Part shown: positions 17,649 through 28,023 of the stretch, piece after piece
Position numbering within the stretch: position 1 is the first letter of the stretch
Layout: every line of letters starts with the position of its first letter
DNA from: Candidatus Bathyarchaeia archaeon
GTDB lineage: Archaea; Thermoproteota; Bathyarchaeia; TCS64
Direction of reading: 5' to 3'
NCBI GenBank assembly: GCA_050014495.1
Contig: JBEKDF010000019.1
Span: 1 to 52,091, forward strand
Length of the DNA stretch: 52,091 nucleotides
The notes under the pieces: generated by a model
The model's input: only the letters and a program-made list of their open reading frames with translations
The model's database searches: none
Told to the model about the DNA's origin: nothing
Made by a program: the position numbers and the translations under genes

Positions 17649-20252
17649 ATGAATAAATTGAATCGAAAAGGGTTAAAACTAATACTCCTGATCTTAATAC
17701 TCTCCTCCAGCGCCTCTATTTCTTATAAAGGCTCAGCCCAAACATTGACTCCGAGGCTGATCATTACACCCGCTATGACATCAATCCCATCTGATGGAAG
17801 GCCTCACCCGGCTCTCTTCATAGGAGTTCAGGACATTTCAGGTAAGCCATATCCGTTATCGCAATCACTCAATGTAACCCTGACAAGCTCTGACTCCAGT
17901 GCAATTAGTCTACCTGGGAGCGTGTTGCTTACACCAGCTTCCTACTACGCCGTGGTAAATGCCTCCAGTAATGTTGGGAGCGGTAAACAGGTTGAGATAA
18001 CCGCATCATCAACAGGATTTCAGTCCACTAAGACTGACATATCTGTTGGTCCCCCCGCTGGGGCTCCCAGTGCTCTCAAGGTCACAATTTTACCAGACGT
18101 TATCTTGCCTGAGGCTGGAAAGCAGGTTGATTTACTGGTCACCCTTGTTGATGGGTATGGTAGCCCAACACCAGCGAGGACGGACTTGAGCATCTCTCTC
18201 TTCTCCTCGAATCCAACTGTGGGTGATACATCAGTCAACACAATCACGATCTTGGCCGGAAGTTACACTGCTAAGACCTCTCTGATGACAACTGGTGCAC
18301 AAGGTACCACCACCATCACGGCTTCCTCGACAAATCTAAAGTCAGACGCCGGTGTTTTAACCGTGAACGGTCCTAAGCCAGTAGAAATTATTCTTTGGGC
18401 ATTGAACACGATGCCTGTAAATGATCAAAGCAACGTCCTATTCGTCGGAGTTGCAGACTCAAATGGGAATCTTGTTAAAACACTTTCCCCCATAACAATC
18501 AAACTTTATTCATCTGATCCAAATGTCGTATCCGTCCAGGACAGTGTCGTGATAAACACTAATCAGTGGCAGGTCATAGTTCCACTAAATTGCCTTGAGG
18601 CTAGCGACGTGACCATCACAGCTGCTGCTGAGAACTTAGCGAGCTCGAAGGTATATATTAGAGGAACAAGCAGTTCCTCTGGAGTAGTTTCGATTAAGAT
18701 CTATCCATTATCAACTAGTTTCCCGGCTGATGAAGCGAATCAGCAAGCAATGCTTGTACAGACAGTAGACCTAAACGGAGCTCCGACTGCTTCAACGGGA
18801 GAAGACCTTGATCTGTTCTCCTCTAGCGTAGGTGTAGCCTCCCCTCAAGCACATGTACAAATTCCCGCAGGGCAATCCGCTGCGCTAGTGTCGGTGACGA
18901 CTAAACTGCCTGGCAATACCATGATTACCGCCGGAAGTCAATTCCATGGATCAGCAACCGCCAATTTAATTTCCTATGCCCCAATTCCAGACAATGTCAA
19001 ACTTGAAACACCACCGATCCCAAACGAAGGCGAGGTTGAAGCATGCTTACTGACTCTGAAGGGAACTATCCCCGCACCTGTGTCTCAGGATACACTTATT
19101 CAACTTGTATCATCTGACACCCAGGTAGGTATCAGCGACGTCGACTCTGTATTATTAAATCAAAAAACGTACATGAAATATCTGAATGTTAAGGGTGGTT
19201 CACCTGGCCAGTTTTCAATAACTGCATCGGCTAGTGGAATTCCATCATCTAAAATAGATTTCACAGTGCTCGACACAAAACCATCTACTTTCAACGTGGT
19301 TGCCATGAGCCCCGCGAAGAATTTTGGTTTCCCGATACTGATCCAGATCTGCAACCTGGGCGGTAACCCCTCTGTAACCTCTGACATAACCCGAATTAAT
19401 GTTGTATCAAGTAATGCCTCAAACATTGAAGTACCTAGCACCGTTGAACTTCAGAGCGATCGGACTGAGATACTCTTCTATGCTAAGGCACTCTCATCGC
19501 AGTTAACCACATTGACAGTCTCCTCACCTGGCTTCAAGTCATCATCTATTCAGCTTATACCATCAGAAACAGCCCTCAAAATGCAGCTTAACGTTGGAAG
19601 CAAGATGCCAATCAATAAACTAGCTAATATCTCAGTAACATTAACCATAAACGACGCTCCAATACAGGGCGCCACCGTGAATTGGAAGGGCACAGGATTA
19701 ACCACAGCAACCTCAGTCACTGACTCTTCAGGAAACGCAAAGAACGGATTCACTCTTACTCAGCAGGAAACTCAACTCGAGGCAACGGTCAACGTCGGCG
19801 GAGGCTATCTAAATGCAACTCAAGACATCCTCGCTGTACCCGATGCATACAATTTAGTGGTATCCGCTAACGTACCAATCTCCGTCGAGGGAAGTGGAAC
19901 CTACAATTATGGTGACACCGTCTCACTCGATGTTCCCTCCGTCGCGCCTATGCCAAGCATACTGGGAATCTTAGGAGGCAAGTACATTTTCAACTCGTGG
20001 GTTGGGACAGCACCTTCGACCAGCAACCATGTTAGCCTAACAATAGACGGTGAGGTGACAGATCTCACTCAGCAAGCGCTGTTTTCATCTGACTATACTA
20101 TGCTCATTGTCTCAGTCGCTTTGATTGCGGTGGTAATACTCGTCGCATTTTTCTTGTATAGGAGGATGAAGAAAAAGAAGGTAGTTGAAAAGCCAAAGGA
20201 CAAAAAACCCATAGCCCCAGTTGTTAAACCAAGCCCAGTCAGGCACCATTGA
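17649..20252 (+). CDS. Secreted Ig-like repeat surface protein with C-terminal membrane anchor
   Basis: Sec-type signal peptide; S/T/V-rich beta repeats (LxSSDxxV); C-terminal TM followed by RRMKKKK. Confidence 0.8.
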   Translation: MNKLNRKGLKLILLILILSSSASISYKGSAQTLTPRLIITPAMTSIPSDGRPHPALFIGVQDISGKPYPLSQSLNVTLTSSDSSAISLPGSVLLTPASYYAVVNASSNVGSGKQVEITASSTGFQSTKTDISVGPPAGAPSALKVTILPDVILPEAGKQVDLLVTLVDGYGSPTPARTDLSISLFSSNPTVGDTSVNTITILAGSYTAKTSLMTTGAQGTTTITASSTNLKSDAGVLTVNGPKPVEIILWALNTMPVNDQSNVLFVGVADSNGNLVKTLSPITIKLYSSDPNVVSVQDSVVINTNQWQVIVPLNCLEASDVTITAAAENLASSKVYIRGTSSSSGVVSIKIYPLSTSFPADEANQQAMLVQTVDLNGAPTASTGEDLDLFSSSVGVASPQAHVQIPAGQSAALVSVTTKLPGNTMITAGSQFHGSATANLISYAPIPDNVKLETPPIPNEGEVEACLLTLKGTIPAPVSQDTLIQLVSSDTQVGISDVDSVLLNQKTYMKYLNVKGGSPGQFSITASASGIPSSKIDFTVLDTKPSTFNVVAMSPAKNFGFPILIQICNLGGNPSVTSDITRINVVSSNASNIEVPSTVELQSDRTEILFYAKALSSQLTTLTVSSPGFKSSSIQLIPSETALKMQLNVGSKMPINKLANISVTLTINDAPIQGATVNWKGTGLTTATSVTDSSGNAKNGFTLTQQETQLEATVNVGGGYLNATQDILAVPDAYNLVVSANVPISVEGSGTYNYGDTVSLDVPSVAPMPSILGILGGKYIFNSWVGTAPSTSNHVSLTIDGEVTDLTQQALFSSDYTMLIVSVALIAVVILVAFFLYRRMKKKKVVEKPKDKKPIAPVVKPSPVRHH

Positions 20253-20341
20253 TCTTTTAGATAGTTTCATGGAGCTCGCGAGATATGTGTTAACGCTCCA
20301 TAAACTCCTTTATCATCAACTACTTTTGAATTCTGGTTGAA

Positions 20342-20608
20342 TTGTCCGCGAAGCACAAAGATGTTGAATTTCGTGATGAATATCTACTAACACAGCTTAA
20401 AATCGTGGGTTTAATCGAAGATTTTGAAAATGGCACTTTAAGATGCGACTCATGTGGTAAGGAACTAAACGCTTCTAATATTGGATACGTCTCATCCGGA
20501 GATAACCTGGGTAAAGGAATGGCAACATGTCAAAATCCAGCCTGCATTTCCAAGGCTCGAACTTGGATGGATATAAGTTTCGAGAAACCTAACGATAATC
20601 GTCGTTAA
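20342..20608 (+). CDS. Small zinc-binding protein
   Basis: CDSCG...CQNPAC; TTG start. Confidence 0.6.
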   Translation: MSAKHKDVEFRDEYLLTQLKIVGLIEDFENGTLRCDSCGKELNASNIGYVSSGDNLGKGMATCQNPACISKARTWMDISFEKPNDNRR

Positions 20609-20882
20609 CTCTGATAAAAATTTGAGACGATATCGATGAATAAAAATTATTGTAGTAATTAAAATCCTGAGATTTAATATGTATTCTTAATATGAATTAA
20701 ATGTTCTTTTTATTTAATGAGAATAAATATATATTTAAAATAATATTAAAGAATGATTAACTGTAAATTAAAGTAATGTATTCTAGATATATTAAGCTTA
20801 AAAACTAAAATTACAACACTTGCTCAATTAAGTTTAACACCGGAGACAGGTTCAACTATGATGAGTAAGGAGATGGTATGAA

Positions 20883-21731
20883 TTGAAAAATGTAATTAAG
20901 GAGCGTAGGGGTGATTCGACAATTGTAGCTACCGTATTATTGATGGCAATAACCCTCTTCTGTATAAGTCTGACGTTAAACTTCGTTCAAACGAGTCTAG
21001 CCAGACACGATGGAGAGAACGACTTCACGCTCTCACAGACCTTCATGAAGAATATTGGACTAAGTGTGGACGATGTCGCTTGGCACCCCGGACAGAGCAA
21101 CACTATCCAATACAGCTCAGAATCAGCTGAGATAAACCTACGGCCGAGTCTCATTCACTACAAAATCGAGGTCTGGAAGGTAGGAGATCACAGCTATTCA
21201 ACGCTAAAAGAATATGACACGGCGGTTCTCTTCTACGATCTCCCGCTAACAAAATATTATCTAGATAACACCTATTTTGATAATATTCTTCCAAGTAATA
21301 TGACTCAGCTCATCCAAAACTCGACAGAGGCCCCAATAACCAGAGTATTTTCTGTGCAGAGGGCTCCAATAGTGGGCGAGAACGCTTACATTAAGACCTG
21401 TGTAGCCTCATTATTCAGAAGCGTTCAGTTTAATATCAATGCTAATGGGGCGAGCACCAGCTATCTAAAGCTGTATTTAGCAAATATGACCTTAGGCCCA
21501 TTAACGACTGCGAACCCCCGCTACATTACTCTGACTGGTAAAAATGTAGGTGCCTCGGTAATTAACAATGTTTTACATTTACGAGTTTCAGTATCGTTCC
21601 CGAGCTCGGTAAGTGGGTACAATTCAACCTTCTTCAACTTCCCAGTTACCAGTCAGACAATAGACTTTCCCATAACTGGGTCGGAAGTCGAGTTATACGT
21701 AGGCACAGTTCAGGTGGGATTCCTAGAGTAG
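20883..21731 (+). CDS. Minor pilin-like protein with class III signal peptide
   Basis: ERRG|DSTIVATVLLMAITL; first gene of a tightly packed operon. Confidence 0.8.
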   Translation: MKNVIKERRGDSTIVATVLLMAITLFCISLTLNFVQTSLARHDGENDFTLSQTFMKNIGLSVDDVAWHPGQSNTIQYSSESAEINLRPSLIHYKIEVWKVGDHSYSTLKEYDTAVLFYDLPLTKYYLDNTYFDNILPSNMTQLIQNSTEAPITRVFSVQRAPIVGENAYIKTCVASLFRSVQFNINANGASTSYLKLYLANMTLGPLTTANPRYITLTGKNVGASVINNVLHLRVSVSFPSSVSGYNSTFFNFPVTSQTIDFPITGSEVELYVGTVQVGFLE

Positions 21732-21742
21732 GTGAAAAGTGA

Positions 21743-22198
21743 TTGGCAAGCGTTGTTACTGAAAATATCATAATCATGATCCCGGTTTTTATCGCGATGA
21801 TGATCTTCGCTCTGGTCGCTAACGCCGTGGCTTCCAACTACTCGATGCAGCAGAGAACACTCATCATTAACAGCGCCGAGAATCAGCTTGCCACAACAAT
21901 ATCCCAGCTTTATTACACCATAAGTCAACAGGATATGCTCCCTTGTAACATCACAAAGTCGACTCCTCTACCTGATCAAATAGATGGGCAAAACTATTCT
22001 GTTAATGGAACGTTAAATGGAAACGTCCTAGCTCTAACATTCAATTTCCCCGGATTAACTGTCTCTGACACCACTCACGTTAACCTAGGCCCGGGTGTGC
22101 ACTGGGACTCCTCCTCAGTGTTTGTCAGCACCAACCGTCAATCGGTTATAGCGATCCAAAAGAAATCATCAGGAGAATTATGGATTAGTTTCAGGTGA
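21743..22198 (+). CDS. Minor pilin-like protein
   Basis: N-terminal VVTENIII plus hydrophobic helix; LPDQIDGQNYSV; AGGTGA SD upstream. Confidence 0.7.
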   Translation: MASVVTENIIIMIPVFIAMMIFALVANAVASNYSMQQRTLIINSAENQLATTISQLYYTISQQDMLPCNITKSTPLPDQIDGQNYSVNGTLNGNVLALTFNFPGLTVSDTTHVNLGPGVHWDSSSVFVSTNRQSVIAIQKKSSGELWISFR

Positions 22199-22203
22199 AA
22201 TAG

Positions 22204-25200
22204 ATGGGTGCCAACATAATAGACTACATCGCTAGCTTCGTCATACTCCTCGGTCTATTGACAATCACAGTGACCGTGACTACGCAGACCCTCGACAACA
22301 TCTATAATTATCACAGCAGCCAGCAGATGAACACAAGAGCAACGAATCTGCTGAACGATCTCACAGAGAGCACTGGTATTCCTGAAGATTGGGCTCAGGG
22401 TTCAACAGCACCCACCAGCATAGGATTTCGCTGGGCGGTGGGTGAAGGCTCCTACATCAATCCCTTCGCACCGATGAGGTTGATGAACTCGAGCGTAACC
22501 CATTCTCTGGGTCCGTATAACTATAATGACTTATCCAGCGCCACACTAAGCCCATGGCCAAACGCTAACATCAATTTCAAGGTTGGCGACGCAGTAAGCT
22601 ATGAGGAAGCTTCTCAGCTGCTCGACACAAGTGGCAGCTACGGCTGGAGGGTGACATACAATCCCCTACTAAACATAACCCTGGCACCCACAATTGTATC
22701 CACCATTCCATGGTATCAAGGATGGGGCTACAGACAAGCCATAACGATTGACCACACACAGGTACCGGAACTTCTCACAAACTATCCCTTTCTCATCAGC
22801 TTAACCCAGCAAAACATCGCGCAAAATGCACTTGGTGACGGCGGAGACATACTCTTCACAACCTCAGATAGGGTAACAAAAATCCCTCATGAGATCGACT
22901 CATATGATAGCTCGACTGGACATCTATTAGCTTGGGTGAAGATACCACAGCTATCAAACACTGTGGATACCGTCATTTACATTTATTATGGTAATCCATC
23001 AGCTCTCAACCAGGAATCACCCAGCCAAGTTTGGTCAGGGTATCGTCTAGTCTCTCACATGAGTGACAACCCTGACTCATCTCATATCTCCGACAGCTCT
23101 CCGGATGGGCTAACTGGAACTAAAAAGGGGGACTCGGAACCTGCGCAGACAAATGGCGTAATCTCCTTCGCACAAAACTTCGATGGCTCAAATGATTACG
23201 TTACACTAAATCAGGGCACATTAACAGGCGGTTTAGTAGTATACGAGATGTGGCTGAAGAGTGTTCAATCAACCAGTCCCCAGACTATACTAACGAGTGG
23301 ATTCAAAAACAACACCCTAGGGTTCATCGATATCAGCAGGCCTTCCTCTAGTGATGATCTCTCCTTTGATTACGCAGCGAGTTCTAACTGGGTCAGTAAA
23401 ACTAATGGACTCAGTGACGGAGTCAAGATTAACTGCGTCACCTCCTACAACGGGAAAGTCTATGGGGGGGTCTCGGATGGCTCTCTAGTAGAATGGGATG
23501 GTGCCAGTAAAATATGGGTTCTAAGAGCCGCCCAACTCAATTCGCAAACCAGCATCAACTGCTTGGCAGTCTTTAATGGGAAGCTCTACGGCGGTACAAG
23601 CCCGGGGGGTCGTTTATTTGAGTGGACAACCGGAGCCACAGTCTGGACACAGAGAGCCCCTCAACTCGGGGCCGAGACTGACATAAAGTCTCTCGCAGTC
23701 TACGATCCAGGCACAGGTAGCAAACTATACGGCGGAACAAGCCCCGGAGGAAAATTGTACCAGTGGGACTCCACAAATTATGTTTGGATTCAAGTGGCGC
23801 CCAAGCTCAAGATACTGAGCCTCGCTCTATTCAACAACAAAATATACGGAGGAACTGATGACGGCCGTCTACTCGAATGGGACTCAACTAACCTTGTATG
23901 GGTTCAGGCAGCTGCACAACTAGGATCCGAGACATCCGTCAACTGTTTAACCGTCTATAATCCCGGGTCGGGAAGCAACCTCTACGCCGGGACCTCACCT
24001 GATGGGATGCTCTACCAATGGGACTCCGTGGGTCGTGCATGGATTCAGAAAGCAACTAAAGGGGCACTCTCAATCACCGACATCACATCACTGAATGTTT
24101 TCAACGGGAAAATATACGCTGGGACAAACCCTAATGCATATCTCTGTTCATGGGTATCCTCCCAGACATCCTGGAACCAGGAGCAAACAGCAGCCGGCGA
24201 ATCAATGATCAACTCTCTGGCCACTGCTGGTTCAACATCGGCTAACAGCTACGGCTTCGGTACTAACTCCGGCAACTGGAACAATCCCACACAGGCAGCA
24301 ACATCAGACAATCTATACGCTACCCCCAATACTGTTTTGACGAGGTCTCCAATCTCGAATAACGGAGCTTGGTCAAACCCAACGAATGCTTACTCCTCAG
24401 GAGGTGGAGTAGCTAGTACAACGACGTCAAGTGCTCAGCATATCTATTTTGGCTATGGTTTCTCCGTAGGTGCTAGCTCTTCAGTTGATATGGTTAGAGT
24501 AAGATTAGATGCATATTGTTCAGCCATTACCCAACAGATTAAACTTGAGATCTCTACTGATGGAGGTTCCACGTGGCGCCCAACGTCGACCACCATTAAC
24601 GTAGCATCAACAACTCTAACAACCTACTGGGTTGATGTCACATCCTGGGACACTTGGACACCAACTAAAGTTAACAATATTAGAACTAGAGTGACCTTTA
24701 TTAAATCTGGAAGTGGAACTAAAACAATAGATTTGGATTGGATCCCTGTTGAAGTTACATATTCAACTCAACCCATGACTCACACATTTTCACAGTGGAA
24801 TATCAGTCCACCCTACACAACAATCTCAAAAGTTGAGGTCGGAATAGAAGGATACACAGCTGGAACTGGCCAGCTCTCAGTAACAGTTTCCTGGGATGGT
24901 GGCACAACATGGGCCACCGCACAGACCATTAATTTACCAACGACAGACCCAAACTCCTCCACCTACCTAGACTTCACTTCAGCCACCAGCTGGACCACTA
25001 CAAAGCTCAGTAACACGAATTTCCAGGTAAAAGCTACCTATGTATATAATGGTGCAGCGAGTGCTGGATACCTAGACTACATATCCACAAGGATAACGTC
25101 ATCAGCAACACTACTCTACGCATCAACATCACCTCACACATATCTCTATTCTCTAACCACTGTAGGATCTTGGACGAAGAAAATAACTACACAGTACGGC

Positions 25201-28020
25201 ACGGACACGATAGTCCTCTCCCTAGTTAACAACGCAAATTATATCTATGGATGTGCTTCCCCTAGCGGAAAACTTCTCAGATGGGACACAACTGTAGGAG
25301 GCTCTACGTGGACTCTGGCTACCAATCCACCTACTTCTCAGATCCCGATTTCACTATTCTCAAACGGCGCAACCCTCTACTGTGGAACAACGCCAAACGG
25401 GTACCTATACACATTCAACGGGGCATCATGGACCTCCGTAGTAACGACACAGTATGGTGTTGAAACTTCAATCCTATCAATGGCGTTAGACTCGGGTGGG
25501 AACCTCAGAGTTGGCACCGACATCAACGGTCTACTACTAGGCGTGAGCGGGAGCAGCTATACGAAGAGTGCAGATATTGTGATCACGGGAGAATCCGGAA
25601 TACTATCCCTAACCGTCTTCAATCCCGGCACCGGCAACCAACTATACGGTGGGACTACCCCCAATGGTAGACTATTCGCCTGGAGTGGATCAGGCACATG
25701 GGTCCCAAAAACCACGACACTAAACAGTCAAACTGACATAACATCACTAACAGTGTTCAACCCCGGTTCGGGAAACAAGATTTACGGTGGTACAAGCCCC
25801 GGGGGTCACCTATTCGAGTGGAGCTCCGGAGCATCATCATGGACGGAGAGGGCGCCTCAGCTGGGTTCCGAGACGAAGATAAACTCGCTAGCTGTGTACA
25901 ACCCCGGTTCAGGGAGTAAGATTTATGGTAGCACAAGCCCCGATGGTTGCCTATTCGAGTGGGGGTCCGGAGCATCCGCTTGGACGCAAAGGGCTACGGA
26001 GTTTAACTCGGAAACAGATGTTACATCCTTAGTCACCTTCGACCCAGGGTCAGGAACTAAACTTTATGGCTCAACTGGTCCAAGCGGGTCGCTGCTTGTG
26101 TGGGATAATAACAGTCAATGGAGTCAGGTCGTAACGTACTCGATAATACAGTCTATGACAGCATTCAATGGTAACATCTACTGTGGGACGTCAACTGGTA
26201 GACTGTATGTATGGAACTCTGTAGCATCCCGATGGGATATGAAGGCGAGCACTCTTGGGGCAACATCCGCCGTGGACTCCCTCATCATATTCAATAATCT
26301 GCTCTATGGAGGGACGGCAGATGGTCGTCTACTGCAGTGGGATGGAACAAGTACATGGATACTGAAGGCATCACAGCTCAGCAGTCAGGCCATCAATAGT
26401 CTCGCAGTGTATAATTCGAAGATCTATGGTGGGACTAGTCCAAGCGGATGCCTATTCGAGTGGAATGGAGTCGGTGCATGGACGCAAAAAGCAGCGCAGC
26501 TAAATTCACAAACCTCCATAAATACTATTACTACTTTTAATGGCAATTTATACGGCGGCACAAGCCCCGGTGGATGTCTATTTGTATGGATGACCGGTGC
26601 TGCTCAATGGACTCAGGTTGCACCTCAGTTAGGCTCAGAGACCTCGATAAACTCCCTCGTGGTCTTTAACAATAAAATATATGCAAGCACTTCGCCGGGT
26701 GGGCGCCTCTTCCAATGGGATGGAGCTGGTACATGGATAGGCAAAACCTACATTCTAGGCTCAGAAACCAATATCCTCAGTCTTGCGATATGTAATGATA
26801 AACTGTATGGCAGCACATCACCAGATGGATTACTATACGAGTGGGATGGGGCGACAAAATGGGTGCAGATTTGCAATACCCTCAACACCCAAAGCTCCGT
26901 CACGATCATCACATTAAATGGGAATTTATATGGGGCTTCTCAGCCAACTGGTTACCTCTTCCAACTGAGTGACAGTGGCACAAGAATCATCCCGAACTTC
27001 TTCACAGGCTATAGTAACAGCTGGTTACAACTAGTAATAGTAGCAAATTATGCGGCTGGCCGAGTGGATATATACAGAAATGGATTGCTGCAAGGATCCT
27101 TGACCTCAACAACTTCAATGATTGCCCCAACTTCAGGACCCAGGTATATGGGTGCATATGTAGTCGCGGGTGTCGCCAATAACCCCTATTTTGGGGGAAT
27201 AGACGAGCTGAGGATCTCCCAAACAAATCAGGATGCGAATTGGATAAAACTGAGTTACAATAACGAAGCGAATCCAGGCAGCTTCATCACAGTAAACACA
27301 AGCGAGTCTATCTACTTCAGAGTTAGTGCACTCGTCACAGCTAAAAATGGACCAGTTAGCAACGCAACTTTGACTGGGACACTTATCTACTGCATCCCCG
27401 GTGCAACAACGCCAAGCTACTCGCAATTGACATCTCAACCCGTAACAACCAGCTCGAACGGCGCTGCAACTTTGAGTTTCAGCGGCTACACATCAACAAT
27501 CGGCGTCTATTTCCTAGCTGTGAGGGCTAATCACGCTGGAGTACAAGATATCGGCTACTACGTTAGTTCACAAACTCCAAAACCTGATCCCTTGGGAGTA
27601 TTTGTTACTAATTATGGAAATGGCACACTGACCCTAGTCCATAGAAAGGACATGGATATACATTATCCCTCATCCACAGATGTGGCTTATAACACGACTT
27701 TTGCGATGCCCATCGGACCTTCTTCCTATCGATCGGTCTCATTAAACTCTGCAGGTGTGCTTAGTGTGGGTACTCAAAAAATTGTCCAATTAGGAGCAGC
27801 TGTGGATAACCCTGGAGTACTAATCACATTTTTGAAAACCGGAGCCAACACCTATGGATTGACTTACACACCTTGGGGTGTCAGCTCTCTCAACCTAAGA
27901 GCCACCTTTGGGGCACCCATAATGGATGCCACGAATGTCATCACTAAGACGAGGATAGTCAACATCGAATCTTACACATACGAGGTCCAGGTCCAGATGT
28001 GGAAAATAGGAGGCGACTGA
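22204..28020 (+). CDS. Giant minor pilin/adhesin with inserted DUF2341, LamG, 21 beta-propeller blades and two jelly-roll-like domains
   Basis: N-terminal IIDYIASFVILL helix; GIPEDW; DUF2341 (WGYRQAITID...IYIYYGNP); LamG (FDGSNDYV...GGIDELRIS); repeats INSLAVFNGKLYGGTSPGGRLFEW. Confidence 0.8.
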   Translation: MGANIIDYIASFVILLGLLTITVTVTTQTLDNIYNYHSSQQMNTRATNLLNDLTESTGIPEDWAQGSTAPTSIGFRWAVGEGSYINPFAPMRLMNSSVTHSLGPYNYNDLSSATLSPWPNANINFKVGDAVSYEEASQLLDTSGSYGWRVTYNPLLNITLAPTIVSTIPWYQGWGYRQAITIDHTQVPELLTNYPFLISLTQQNIAQNALGDGGDILFTTSDRVTKIPHEIDSYDSSTGHLLAWVKIPQLSNTVDTVIYIYYGNPSALNQESPSQVWSGYRLVSHMSDNPDSSHISDSSPDGLTGTKKGDSEPAQTNGVISFAQNFDGSNDYVTLNQGTLTGGLVVYEMWLKSVQSTSPQTILTSGFKNNTLGFIDISRPSSSDDLSFDYAASSNWVSKTNGLSDGVKINCVTSYNGKVYGGVSDGSLVEWDGASKIWVLRAAQLNSQTSINCLAVFNGKLYGGTSPGGRLFEWTTGATVWTQRAPQLGAETDIKSLAVYDPGTGSKLYGGTSPGGKLYQWDSTNYVWIQVAPKLKILSLALFNNKIYGGTDDGRLLEWDSTNLVWVQAAAQLGSETSVNCLTVYNPGSGSNLYAGTSPDGMLYQWDSVGRAWIQKATKGALSITDITSLNVFNGKIYAGTNPNAYLCSWVSSQTSWNQEQTAAGESMINSLATAGSTSANSYGFGTNSGNWNNPTQAATSDNLYATPNTVLTRSPISNNGAWSNPTNAYSSGGGVASTTTSSAQHIYFGYGFSVGASSSVDMVRVRLDAYCSAITQQIKLEISTDGGSTWRPTSTTINVASTTLTTYWVDVTSWDTWTPTKVNNIRTRVTFIKSGSGTKTIDLDWIPVEVTYSTQPMTHTFSQWNISPPYTTISKVEVGIEGYTAGTGQLSVTVSWDGGTTWATAQTINLPTTDPNSSTYLDFTSATSWTTTKLSNTNFQVKATYVYNGAASAGYLDYISTRITSSATLLYASTSPHTYLYSLTTVGSWTKKITTQYGTDTIVLSLVNNANYIYGCASPSGKLLRWDTTVGGSTWTLATNPPTSQIPISLFSNGATLYCGTTPNGYLYTFNGASWTSVVTTQYGVETSILSMALDSGGNLRVGTDINGLLLGVSGSSYTKSADIVITGESGILSLTVFNPGTGNQLYGGTTPNGRLFAWSGSGTWVPKTTTLNSQTDITSLTVFNPGSGNKIYGGTSPGGHLFEWSSGASSWTERAPQLGSETKINSLAVYNPGSGSKIYGSTSPDGCLFEWGSGASAWTQRATEFNSETDVTSLVTFDPGSGTKLYGSTGPSGSLLVWDNNSQWSQVVTYSIIQSMTAFNGNIYCGTSTGRLYVWNSVASRWDMKASTLGATSAVDSLIIFNNLLYGGTADGRLLQWDGTSTWILKASQLSSQAINSLAVYNSKIYGGTSPSGCLFEWNGVGAWTQKAAQLNSQTSINTITTFNGNLYGGTSPGGCLFVWMTGAAQWTQVAPQLGSETSINSLVVFNNKIYASTSPGGRLFQWDGAGTWIGKTYILGSETNILSLAICNDKLYGSTSPDGLLYEWDGATKWVQICNTLNTQSSVTIITLNGNLYGASQPTGYLFQLSDSGTRIIPNFFTGYSNSWLQLVIVANYAAGRVDIYRNGLLQGSLTSTTSMIAPTSGPRYMGAYVVAGVANNPYFGGIDELRISQTNQDANWIKLSYNNEANPGSFITVNTSESIYFRVSALVTAKNGPVSNATLTGTLIYCIPGATTPSYSQLTSQPVTTSSNGAATLSFSGYTSTIGVYFLAVRANHAGVQDIGYYVSSQTPKPDPLGVFVTNYGNGTLTLVHRKDMDIHYPSSTDVAYNTTFAMPIGPSSYRSVSLNSAGVLSVGTQKIVQLGAAVDNPGVLITFLKTGANTYGLTYTPWGVSSLNLRATFGAPIMDATNVITKTRIVNIESYTYEVQVQMWKIGGD

Positions 28021-28023
28021 TCG

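Noticed and set aside
680..27000. Tandem repeats considered as a CRISPR array or DGR template/variable repeats
   Set aside because: All repeats are in-frame protein repeats diverged at synonymous sites; no identical repeat-spacer pattern, cas gene or reverse transcriptase seen.
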